Shown piece by piece: positions 18,324-26,420 of a stretch of 64,000 nucleotides of DNA (its first letter is position 1; each line of letters opens with the position of its first letter). The stretch spans positions 11,858-75,857 of the forward strand of contig JAABTX010000007.1 in assembly GCA_011389655.1 (NCBI GenBank), written 5' to 3'. The notes under the pieces were generated by a model that was not told the origin of the DNA, made no database searches, and saw only the letters and a program-made list of their open reading frames with translations. The stretch is from Thioalkalivibrio sp. GTDB lineage: Bacteria; Pseudomonadota; Gammaproteobacteria; Ectothiorhodospirales; Ectothiorhodospiraceae. The translations under genes and the position numbers were made by a program.

Positions 18324-19628
18324 TCAATGCCCCTGACGGGCCGCGTCGAGCTGCGCCTCCAGTTCCGCGACACGGCGGCGCAGGGCCTCGATCTCCTCTT
18401 CTCCACCGCCGGCCGCGCTGCCGCCAAGCCTTCCTTCCAGCCAGTCGACCCAGGCATCCATGCCCTCGCCGGTGCGGGCAGAGACCTGCAGCACCTCGAG
18501 CCTCGGGTTGATCCGGCGGGCATACTCGATGCATCGCTTCACGTCGAAGTCGACATAGGGCAGCAGGTCGATCTTGTTCAGCACCATCAGAGTCGAGGCG
18601 TGGAACATGTCCGGGTATTTCAGGGGCTTGTCCTCCCCCTCGGTGACCGAGAGGATCACCACCTTGTGCGCTTCGCCGAGGTCGAAGGCCGACGGGCACA
18701 CCAGGTTGCCCACGTTCTCGATCAGCAGCAGCCCGCTGCCCTGAAGCCCCAGGCGTTCCACCGCGTGGCCGATCATGTGGGCGTCGAGGTGGCAGCCCTT
18801 CCCGGTATTCACCTGCACCGCCGGGGCGCCCGTCGCGCGAATGCGGTCGGCGTCGTTGCTGGTCTGCTGGTCGCCCTCGATCACGCTGACCGGCATACGC
18901 CCCTGCAGGCGCTCGATGGTCGCGGTCAGCAGGCTGGTCTTGCCGGAACCGGGGCTGGAGACGAGGTTCAGCGCGAGCACGCCCTGACGCTGGAACCGCT
19001 CACGGTTCGCCTGTGCGTACTCATTGTTCTTGCCGAGGATGTCCTGCTCGATACGGACCATCCGCTCCTGGGTCATCCCGGGTGCATGGGCGTGGGCAGC
19101 CCCGTGACCGTAGTGCAGGTGCTCACCGTGGGACGCGGCGGCCTGATCATCACGGTGTTCATGCTCGTGCGCGGTATCATGACCATGGTGGCCCGCGTGG
19201 TCATGCGGGTGGGCGTGCACGGTCCCGTCCGCGTGCCGGTGTTCGTGCCTGTGCGGGTCTTCGTGCGCGTGGTCGTGGACACCCCCGTGTCCGTGTTCGG
19301 CCGCATGATCGTGCGCGTGACTGTGCGCGGTGCCGTCGGCATGGCGGTGGCTGTGCGCATGCTCGTGCCGATGGTCATGCCCGGCACCGTGCCCGTGGGC
19401 GCTGGCGTGATCGTGGGCGTGAGCGTGCACCGTTCCATCCTCGTGGCGATGCATGTGTTCGTGGTGATGCCGGTGCTCGTGACCATGGTCATGTCCGTGG
19501 TCGTGGTCGTGGTCGTGCGGATGGCTGTGCACGGTGCCGTCGGCATGCCGATGCTCGTGCGCACGCCCGCCCACCGGATGCCCTTCCACCCGGGTCTCGC
19601 CCTCTCCGCAACCACATACCGTACACAT
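18324..19628 (-). CDS. hypB: hydrogenase nickel-incorporation GTPase HypB with a very long His-rich insertion
   Basis: [11 protein letters not shown]-terminus, P-loop [11 protein letters not shown], and [10 protein letters not shown] region of about 165 aa holds about 62 His by my count. The start is trimmed to the ATG at 19628. Confidence 0.93.
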   Translation of the reverse strand: MCTVCGCGEGETRVEGHPVGGRAHEHRHADGTVHSHPHDHDHDHGHDHGHEHRHHHEHMHRHEDGTVHAHAHDHASAHGHGAGHDHRHEHAHSHRHADGTAHSHAHDHAAEHGHGGVHDHAHEDPHRHEHRHADGTVHAHPHDHAGHHGHDTAHEHEHRDDQAAASHGEHLHYGHGAAHAHAPGMTQERMVRIEQDILGKNNEYAQANRERFQRQGVLALNLVSSPGSGKTSLLTATIERLQGRMPVSVIEGDQQTSNDADRIRATGAPAVQVNTGKGCHLDAHMIGHAVERLGLQGSGLLLIENVGNLVCPSAFDLGEAHKVVILSVTEGEDKPLKYPDMFHASTLMVLNKIDLLPYVDFDVKRCIEYARRINPRLEVLQVSARTGEGMDAWVDWLEGRLGGSAAGGGEEEIEALRRRVAELEAQLDAARQGH

Positions 19629-19795
19629 GCGCGACCTCCTCGAATCCGATTCCGGCGCCGCCACGCCGGACTCCGATCGCCGGCGGACGACACTCCTGGC
19701 AGGGCAGCCGCACCGCGTCGCGGCCGAGCCCACCTGTCTCTACACAGAATAACCCGAACCGACGGCCCGGGGCTTGCGCTGGCTCACGTTACCGG

Positions 19796-20167
19796 TCAAC
19801 CCGGCCGGCCCGGCGCTTCTGCCCGCGCGTCCACCTCGAGATCCAGCACCCGCATCTCCATACCGCCGGTCGCGTGGACCTGGTAGCCGCCGCAGAGTGG
19901 ACAGGCATCGTAGAGCGCGGCGATCCCCACCGTGGTGCCGCAGTCCAGGCACCAACCCTGTCCCGGCGTGTCCACGATCTCAAGAACCGCCGAGTCGGCC
20001 ACACTGTTGCTCATCACGGCGTCGAAGCTGAACCGCAGCGCCTCGACCTCGACGCCCGCGAGCTGTCCCACCTCCACGCGCACGCGCCGCACGCGCTCGA
20101 ATCCGCTCGCCGCGGCCTGGTCCTCGATGATCCGAAGGATTCCCTCGGCCAGAGCCATCTCATGCAT
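19796..20167 (-). CDS. hypA: hydrogenase nickel-insertion protein HypA
   Basis: MHEMALAEGI N-terminus and zinc site CLDCG...CPLCG. Confidence 0.9.
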   Translation of the reverse strand: MHEMALAEGILRIIEDQAAASGFERVRRVRVEVGQLAGVEVEALRFSFDAVMSNSVADSAVLEIVDTPGQGWCLDCGTTVGIAALYDACPLCGGYQVHATGGMEMRVLDLEVDARAEAPGRPG

Positions 20168-21278
20168 GCAGGATCTCCAGTTCGTATTGCACGCAGGGAT
20201 CCAGCGCCATCACCTGCAGCGTAACCATCTCCCGGAGCTGGGGCTCATCCGGGGCCTGAAGCTGCAGCAGGCCCTCCCGCGCGGGCCCCTCCGGATGAAA
20301 ATTCCACTCCGTGGGCGCCACGATCCGGTAGTCCCGTATCCCGTCCGGCACGGCCTCCTGCCAGTGCATCAGGACTCCGCGCACCATCTCGAGCGCCACC
20401 ATCGATTCATGCGCGCCGCGCTGCCAGGCGATGCCGAGCCTCGGTTCGATTCCACGCTGCAGCGAGTCTAGCGCGCCGGCGAGTTCCAGCACCCGTGCCA
20501 ATACCCGCAGCCAGGAATCCGGAACGCCCTGGCAAGCCAGCATCGCCGCGATCAGCGGATGCGCCGCCTGACGCGGCAGGGGCCCCATCTCGAAGACCTG
20601 ACCCTGATGGTCGGGCCGCCAGTGGAAGTCCGGGTCCGATTGCAGCCGCGGCAGGGCTGTCTGCACCATCGGTTGCAGATCGCGACCCCGGAAGAATGGC
20701 AGCGCCGAAGGGCCGAGACCCGTCAGGCGGGGCCGCAGCCGCGCGAGCAGGCCCGCCAGCGGCGTCGGCGCCTCTTCCAGCCACTGCGCCAGGGAATCGG
20801 GCTCCGGATTCTCGAGCCAGGCGAGATTCGCGTGTCCGAACAGATCCGCGAAGGTCTTGCCCGCCCAGTTGCCGGCGGCTTCACGATCCGTCGCGAATCG
20901 TGTCCGCTCGCCCAGCAGCTCGCGCACCGGGGCCGGTTGCTGGGGTTCCCCGACGACGCGCGGCCAGTCGAGCCCCAGCCGCCACAGGTGCTCGCGGATG
21001 TTCTCCAGGCGGATGCGTTCGGCCCAGTCCGCAATGGCGTTGCTGTCCGGCGCGCCGCTGCGCAGCACGGCCTCCAGGGCCTCGACCGCGACGGACTGCG
21101 CGTCTCCGCAGAGGCTGTACAGGCGCGGGATGATCGCGCGCGCCTGTCCGGGTGCCCTGCCGGTCAGCAGGGCCGCGGGCTGCGGTCGCCGCGAGCGGAC
21201 TTCAGCGCGTTGCACCACCCGCCCGTCCCATTCGAGGCGCAGTTCGACCCTGCCCTCAGCGGGAATCGCCGTCGTCAT
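20160..21278 (-). CDS. hupK: HupK/HoxV-type large-subunit-like scaffold protein
   Basis: 372 aa. It carries degenerate large-subunit motifs: RLYSLCGDAQS replaces RxCGxC, and ALDPCVQYE replaces DPCxxC. It sits between the hybE-like gene and hypA. Confidence 0.8.
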   Translation of the reverse strand: MTTAIPAEGRVELRLEWDGRVVQRAEVRSRRPQPAALLTGRAPGQARAIIPRLYSLCGDAQSVAVEALEAVLRSGAPDSNAIADWAERIRLENIREHLWRLGLDWPRVVGEPQQPAPVRELLGERTRFATDREAAGNWAGKTFADLFGHANLAWLENPEPDSLAQWLEEAPTPLAGLLARLRPRLTGLGPSALPFFRGRDLQPMVQTALPRLQSDPDFHWRPDHQGQVFEMGPLPRQAAHPLIAAMLACQGVPDSWLRVLARVLELAGALDSLQRGIEPRLGIAWQRGAHESMVALEMVRGVLMHWQEAVPDGIRDYRIVAPTEWNFHPEGPAREGLLQLQAPDEPQLREMVTLQVMALDPCVQYELEILHA

Positions 21279-21783
21279 TCAGAAAGTCTCCGCGCAGCAC
21301 GCGGCGACGGTCGTAATCGCGCCCGGCGTTGCGCCGGAGCGCCGCGATCGGCCCGCCCCCCTGACGCTGCGGCTCTGGCCGCCGCAGATCGGGGCCGGGC
21401 CGGAGCAGCAGGGACAGCGTTTCAAAGGCGACCGCCCGGGCCGCCGCCTGATCCTCGAAGCGCTGCATCGGAGAGAACAGCGAGCAGGTCTCGTAGGGGC
21501 CGACATCCTCTTCCTGGGCGCCGATGAAATCCACCGGGCCGCGCGGCAGTTCCCGCGTGCCGAACGCGCCCACGGCAATCGGGTCGTCGTCGGGCAGGCG
21601 CAGCAGGTTCATCGCCCAGGGAGTGATCAGGACGCCCACGCGCGCGGCGCCGCTGCGCCGGAAACCGACGGCCTCGACAGCGAGCCCGTGATGCAGCAGC
21701 GGAAGGTCCTGCATGCGCTCCCGCTGGATGCGGCCGAAGACCTCCTCCAGCTGCTGTCGCACCGCTTCCGCGTCCCCGTTCAC
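21256..21783 (-). CDS. [NiFe]-hydrogenase assembly chaperone, HybE/HupJ/HoxT family
   Basis: LPLLHHGLAVEAVGFRR...GVLITPWAMNLLRLP resembles the HybE family. The start is ambiguous: the GTG at 21783 avoids overlapping hupF, while the track gives 21831. Confidence 0.7.
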   Translation of the reverse strand: MNGDAEAVRQQLEEVFGRIQRERMQDLPLLHHGLAVEAVGFRRSGAARVGVLITPWAMNLLRLPDDDPIAVGAFGTRELPRGPVDFIGAQEEDVGPYETCSLFSPMQRFEDQAAARAVAFETLSLLLRPGPDLRRPEPQRQGGGPIAALRRNAGRDYDRRRVLRGDFLNDDGDSR

Positions 21784-21790
21784 GGGTTGC

Positions 21791-22078
21791 CTACCGGGGT
21801 GGCCCGACCGCCGAGGGCAGCTCGAGGTCACTGAAGAAGCCGTCGAGATCGGTCTCGCCGCGCATCGCCGCCTCGAGGCCCAGCACCGCCTCGTCGATCT
21901 GGCGCGCCTGTTCCGGGGTCAGGACCTCGCGGGCATGGTCCTGCAGCGCCAGCACCCAGGTGCCCACCGGCTGTGGCCCGATCAGCATCATGTTCAGCCG
22001 TCGGCGCTCGCCACGCCGCTCGCAGAGAGCCACGCATTCGTCCGTCTCGAGCACCTGCATCGGAATCCCAAGGCACAT
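21791..22078 (-). CDS. hupF: HupF/HoxL, a HypC-family chaperone specific to the structural hydrogenase
   Basis: MCLGIPMQVLE N-terminus with an extended C-terminus. The start is trimmed to the ATG at 22078. Confidence 0.85.
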   Translation of the reverse strand: MCLGIPMQVLETDECVALCERRGERRRLNMMLIGPQPVGTWVLALQDHAREVLTPEQARQIDEAVLGLEAAMRGETDLDGFFSDLELPSAVGPPR

Positions 22079-22189
22079 CGCGTTTCCACCCCTTGAATCG
22101 ATATCAGGCCAGGTGCATCGGATCCCGCCAGGGCCGCCCGGCACCGGCCTCCATGCCCAGCACCTTCCCACACTGGAACGGGGCCGAAT

Positions 22190-22203
22190 GTGATCTAGAT
22201 CAC
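22190..22203. promoter_or_regulatory. candidate FNR/CRP-family operator (perfect 14-nt palindrome GTGATCTAGATCAC)
   Basis: It matches the FNR consensus TTGAT-N4-ATCAA at 8 of 10 positions. It lies in the divergent hupF / hupD-hynS intergenic region, next to an AT-rich stretch at 22230-22295. Confidence 0.45.
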
Positions 22204-22341
22204 CGCCGGGAAAGACCCACTAACGCATTCTGTGTTCGAGCATAAGACAACGCTGATTTTTTCACACATCCCGAGAATTTATCACACGAAACACGGGTGC
22301 CGTGGGCCGGACCAATGCACCCCCAGGCAGGAAGGGTAGCG

Positions 22342-22866
22342 ATGATCACGATCACAGACCGGGCCGATTCCGCGCCGCCCTCCCCCGCCACCAGAAACCG
22401 CCAGGTTCTGGTCCTGGGCCTCGGAAACATCCTGCTGAGCGACGAGGGTGCCGGCGTGCATGTCGTCAAGCAACTGGCGGACACGCACACGGGGCTACCG
22501 GACGTCGAATTCATGGATGGCGGCACGCTGAGCTTCACGCTGGCGGACGCCATCGTCACCACGGACTCCCTGATCGTGGTCGACACCGCCGCACTCGGGA
22601 CCGAACCCGGCGCGGTGCAGGTGTTCGAGGGCGACGCGATGGACCACTTCGTCAGCACTGGCGCCAAGAGCAGCGTGCACGAGGTGAGCCTGTCGGACCT
22701 GCTCGCCATTGCCGCGCTGGAAGGCCTCCTGCCCCGCCGCCGGGCGCTGGTCGGTATCCAGCCTCAGGATTTCGACTGGGGTGATCAACCAACGGCGGCC
22801 GTGGCCAACGCCCTGCCCGTCGCCTGCGAGAGAGTGATGGAACTGGTCCGGAGGTGGCAGGCATGA
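22342..22866 (+). CDS. hupD: hydrogenase maturation endopeptidase (HupD/HyaD/HynD family)
   Basis: VLVLGLGNILLSDEGAGVHVV and SVHEVSLSDLL motifs. The ATG at 22342 follows GGAAGGG. Confidence 0.85.
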   Translation: MITITDRADSAPPSPATRNRQVLVLGLGNILLSDEGAGVHVVKQLADTHTGLPDVEFMDGGTLSFTLADAIVTTDSLIVVDTAALGTEPGAVQVFEGDAMDHFVSTGAKSSVHEVSLSDLLAIAALEGLLPRRRALVGIQPQDFDWGDQPTAAVANALPVACERVMELVRRWQA

Positions 22867-23297
22867 GCCTGAAGGACATCCCGGTCAAGCTCGATCCGGG
22901 CCCGGGGCCGGGATCGCCCGAAACCACGGGGCTCGCGGTCGCCCTGCTGCGGGAGATCGCCGATCACCTGCTGGCGGTCTCCCAGGGCGGTGAGCGCCAG
23001 GTGGTGGAGCTCACGAACCTTCCCCTCAGCGAGGGCGACCTGCAGCTCCTGGAGGCGAAGCTGGGACGCGGAGAGGTCGAGGCCCGGATCAATGCGGCCG
23101 GTCCCACCGAGGTCTTCGAGACCGCGTTCCCCGGGGTCTGGTGGGTTCGGTACCTCGGCGAGGGCGACCGCATGATCACACAGCAACTGGAGATCGGCAC
23201 GGTGCCGGTGATCCTGGAGGCACATGAGGAGGACATCCAGGCGAGCGCCAGACGTTTTCCGTCCATGTTCGATGAACTGGACACGAACCACCATTGA
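22863..23297 (+). CDS. hydrogenase expression/formation protein, a single HupH/HyaF C-terminal-type domain
   Basis: 144 aa. ...LSEGDLQLLEAKLGRGEVEARI...ETAFPGVWWVRY...LEIGTVPVIL resembles one repeat of HupH/HyaF/HoxQ. The ATG at 22863 overlaps the hupD stop as ATGA. Confidence 0.6.
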   Translation: MSLKDIPVKLDPGPGPGSPETTGLAVALLREIADHLLAVSQGGERQVVELTNLPLSEGDLQLLEAKLGRGEVEARINAAGPTEVFETAFPGVWWVRYLGEGDRMITQQLEIGTVPVILEAHEEDIQASARRFPSMFDELDTNHH

Positions 23298-23338
23298 CCA
23301 CTCGCAATCCAGCGACGACTTGCACAAAGGGGGTCGGC

Positions 23339-24400
23339 ATGAAAGAGCATGATTTGACGTTAGGCGAGGAACTGCGCCGCCAAGGCATCTCCAGGCGTTC
23401 CTTTCTCAAGTTCTGCGCGGGGGTCGCCTCATCGATGGCCATCCCTGCCGCGATGGTGCCGGCGATGGCGGACTCGCTTGCCCAGGCCCGCAGGCAGCCT
23501 GCGATCATGATGGCCTACCAGGAGTGCACCGGATGCCTGGAGTCCCTGACCCGGTCGTTCGCGCCCACGCTGGAAAACCTGATCTTCAACTTCATCTCCC
23601 TGGACTTCCAGCACGCGCTGCAGGCGGCCGCGGGCGATCAGGCGGTCGAGGCAATCAAGACCTCGATGAAGGAGAACTGGGGCAAGTACCTCCTGCTGGT
23701 GGATGGCTCCATTCCGCTGAACGACGACGGCATCTACTCGGTGTCGCACGGTCAGAGCCACCTGGACTCGCTGCGTGAACTGGGCGAGGGTGCGGCCGCG
23801 ATCGTCAGCATCGGCACCTGCGCGAGCTTCGGCGGGATCGGCGCGGCGAGTCCGAACCCGACCGGCGCAGTGGGCGTCGACCAGATCATTACCGACAAGC
23901 CGATCCTGAACGTGCCGGGTTGCCCTCCGATGCCCGAGGTGATGACCGGCGTGCTGACCAGCTTCCTCGCCTTCGGGGCCCTGCCGGAGGTCGACAGTCT
24001 GAAGCGGCCCAGGGCCTTCTTTGGTGACACCATCCACGACCGCTGTTACCGGCGCACGTTCTACGACCAGGGCAAGTTCGCGGACAGTTTCGATGACGAG
24101 GGCGCGCGCAACGGCTGGTGTCTGTACAAGCTGGGTTGCAAGGGTCCGATCACCCACAATGCATGTGCGACGCTGAAGTTCAACGAGGGGGTCAGCTGGC
24201 CCATCCAGTCCGGTCATGGTTGCCTTGGCTGCTCCGAACCGAATTTCTGGGACAAGGAGGGCTTCTACAAGCCGCTGTCGGCGGGCCAGTGGGGTAGCGC
24301 AGAGGGCATCGCGGCCGCGGCCGCGGCCGGTGTGGCCCTGGGCGCGGTATCCGCCGTGATGTCCCGCCGCAATCAAAACAAAATCTCGGGAGGCAAGTAG
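23339..24400 (+). CDS. hynS: [NiFe]-hydrogenase small subunit, Tat-exported, with a C-terminal membrane anchor
   Basis: Twin-arginine signal (RRQGISRRSFLKFCAG), ECTGCLES, GTCASFGG, GCPP, and Fe-S Cys motifs (HDRCYRR, CLYKLGCKGP, CxxxxxxGHGCLGCSEPNFWD). A hydrophobic tail follows. The start is the ATG at 23339. Confidence 0.95.
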   Translation: MKEHDLTLGEELRRQGISRRSFLKFCAGVASSMAIPAAMVPAMADSLAQARRQPAIMMAYQECTGCLESLTRSFAPTLENLIFNFISLDFQHALQAAAGDQAVEAIKTSMKENWGKYLLLVDGSIPLNDDGIYSVSHGQSHLDSLRELGEGAAAIVSIGTCASFGGIGAASPNPTGAVGVDQIITDKPILNVPGCPPMPEVMTGVLTSFLAFGALPEVDSLKRPRAFFGDTIHDRCYRRTFYDQGKFADSFDDEGARNGWCLYKLGCKGPITHNACATLKFNEGVSWPIQSGHGCLGCSEPNFWDKEGFYKPLSAGQWGSAEGIAAAAAAGVALGAVSAVMSRRNQNKISGGK

Positions 24401-24402
24401 CC

Positions 24403-25056
24403 ATGACACTCCTTGACTTTGCACGCGGCCCCGCGATGCAGATCGCGATCATCATCTTCGTGGCGGGCATCCTGTGGCGCCTCGTGGGCGTCTGGGCCCT
24501 GCGACAGAAGAAGGATCTCTCCGAGGCCCGTCAGACGGGCGCCTGGGTGGGAGGCCTGAAGGGCCTGTTCGTTCACGCCTGGCCGTACAAGCCCTTCGTG
24601 CCCAAGGTGGGTGCCCAGTACATCATCGGCTACATCATCCACCTGGGGCTGTTCATCGTGCTGATCTTCGGCACGCCGCACATGCTCTTCTTCGCCGACA
24701 TCGTGGGCTTCACCTGGTGGACCCTCCCGGGCGGGGTGATCACCGCGGTCGCCGTGATCACCACCCTCGCGCTGTTCGTCGCGTTGATCAAGCGGCTGGT
24801 CAACCCGGTGCAGCGGCTGATCTCCAACTTCGATGACTACGCCACCTGGTTCGTGACCACGGCACCGTTTGTCACCGGCCTGATCACCAACATGAACATG
24901 TGGCCGGACTATGAAACCGGGCTGGCGATCCATCTTCTGAGCGTCTGGCTGCTGCTGATCTACTTCCCGTTCGGCAAGCTGATGCATTCCTTCTGGTTCG
25001 TGGTGTCCCGTTACACCACCGGTTCCCGTTTTGCACGTAGAGGGGGCATGGCATGA
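24403..25056 (+). CDS. isp1: Isp1, a membrane di-heme cytochrome b of the NarI/DsrM/HdrE type
   Basis: About 5 TM helices with conserved His residues (YIIHLGLF, GTPHMLFF, AIHLLSVW, GKLMHSFWF). It lies between the small- and large-subunit genes. Confidence 0.85.
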   Translation: MTLLDFARGPAMQIAIIIFVAGILWRLVGVWALRQKKDLSEARQTGAWVGGLKGLFVHAWPYKPFVPKVGAQYIIGYIIHLGLFIVLIFGTPHMLFFADIVGFTWWTLPGGVITAVAVITTLALFVALIKRLVNPVQRLISNFDDYATWFVTTAPFVTGLITNMNMWPDYETGLAIHLLSVWLLLIYFPFGKLMHSFWFVVSRYTTGSRFARRGGMA

Positions 25057-26420
25057 TTGATACAACCCAAACCGAAATCGAACTCGATCACGAGTCCAGG
25101 CGCCTCTCCGTTACCAAGCCCGAGGAACGCTTCGACGTCCAGGGCGACATGAGCGACGATGAGCGCGTCGAGAAGGCGATGGTGAACTTCGCCAAGGACT
25201 TCGGCCGGGTCGCGGCCACCTACATGGAGGCCTGCATCCACTGTGGTGCCTGCGCCCATGCCTGCCCCTTCTACGAGGTCAGCGGCAACCCGCGCCACAC
25301 CCCGATCTGGAAGCTCGAGCCCTTCAAGCAGGCCTACAAGCGCGAGGCCGGCCCGTTGGCCTTCCTGTACAAGACCCTCAACTTCAAGCCAAAGGTCACG
25401 GTCGACGAACTCAAGGAGTGGCAGGAACTGCTGTACGACACCTGCACCATGTGCGGCCGCTGCACGCTGATCTGCCCGATGAGCATCGACATCGCCACCC
25501 TGGTCGGCACAGCGCGCCACGCGATGTTTCACGCCGGCCTCGTCCCGCACGAGCTGTACACGGTCACCGAAAAGGCGCAGAAGGAAGGCAGTCCGCTGGG
25601 GGCGACGCCCTCGGTCTTCGAAGACCGCATCGAGTGGATGGGTGACGAGCACGAAGTCGAAATGAACGTGAACGAGGACCAGGCGGACGTGCTCGTGCTG
25701 ATGTCCTCCATCGAGATCCAGAAGTATCCGGAATCGATGGCGGCGACGGCGAAGATCCTGAACCACATGGGCAAGTCCTGGACCTTCCGCACCGACGGCT
25801 ACGAGGCGACCAACTTCGGGATGCTCTCGGGCAATACCGGCTGGCAGAGGGACATGTCGATGAAGGTCATCAGCGCCGCCGAGAAGATCGGTGCCAAGTT
25901 GGTGATCCTTCCGGAATGCGGCCATGCCTACCAGGCACTGCGCTGGCAGGGAGCGAACATGTACGGGAAACCCCTGCCCTTCAAGGTCCAGCACATCTCC
26001 GAATTCCTTGCCGATGCAGTCGATTCGGGAGCCCTGAAGCTGAAGACCGTGAACAAGTCTGTCGCCTTCCACGATCCCTGCCAGGTCTCGCGCCGCGGCG
26101 GAGCCACCCCGGCGCCCCGCAAGGTGCTGGAGGCGCTGGGTCTGGATCTGAAAGAGGCCGAGAGCGGCGGCAACCTGAACTTCTGCTGCGGAGGCGGGGG
26201 CGGCGTGATCACCATCCACCGCGCCGACTCGCTCCGTCATGGCATCATGGCCAACAAGTTCCGGCAGCTGGACGCGACCGGTGCAGAAATGATGGTCACC
26301 AGCTGCTCCAACTGCCGCCAGAACTTCGACGAGAGCGGCGAGGAACTGAACTGGGGCAAAGACATGAACAGCCTGCTCGAACTGGTGGCTGAAAACCTTG
26401 TAGAGGAAGGCAAGCGATGA
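25053..26420 (+). CDS. isp2: Isp2, an HdrD/DsrK-like Fe-S oxidoreductase with CCG domains
   Basis: Two 4Fe-4S motifs (CIHCGACAHACP, CTMCGRCTLICP) and CCG-type Cys motifs (PECGHAY, HDPCQVSR, NFCCGGGGG, TSCSNCRQ). It overlaps both neighbours as ATGA. Confidence 0.88.
   Translation: MIDTTQTEIELDHESRRLSVTKPEERFDVQGDMSDDERVEKAMVNFAKDFGRVAATYMEACIHCGACAHACPFYEVSGNPRHTPIWKLEPFKQAYKREAGPLAFLYKTLNFKPKVTVDELKEWQELLYDTCTMCGRCTLICPMSIDIATLVGTARHAMFHAGLVPHELYTVTEKAQKEGSPLGATPSVFEDRIEWMGDEHEVEMNVNEDQADVLVLMSSIEIQKYPESMAATAKILNHMGKSWTFRTDGYEATNFGMLSGNTGWQRDMSMKVISAAEKIGAKLVILPECGHAYQALRWQGANMYGKPLPFKVQHISEFLADAVDSGALKLKTVNKSVAFHDPCQVSRRGGATPAPRKVLEALGLDLKEAESGGNLNFCCGGGGGVITIHRADSLRHGIMANKFRQLDATGAEMMVTSCSNCRQNFDESGEELNWGKDMNSLLELVAENLVEEGKR

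Noticed and set aside
19080-19560. Periodic DNA repeats that might suggest a CRISPR-like or minisatellite array.
   Set aside because: The periodicity is the coding repeat of the His-rich region of hypB, read in frame from MCTVCGC through to the GTPase domain. There are no spacer-like unique segments and no cas genes.
22092-22106. TTGAATCGATATCAG just upstream of hupF as another FNR-like site.
   Set aside because: The half-site spacing does not fit TTGAT-N4-ATCAA, since the second half matches only about 3 of 5 positions. It sits 14-28 nt from the start codon, over the ribosome-binding region.
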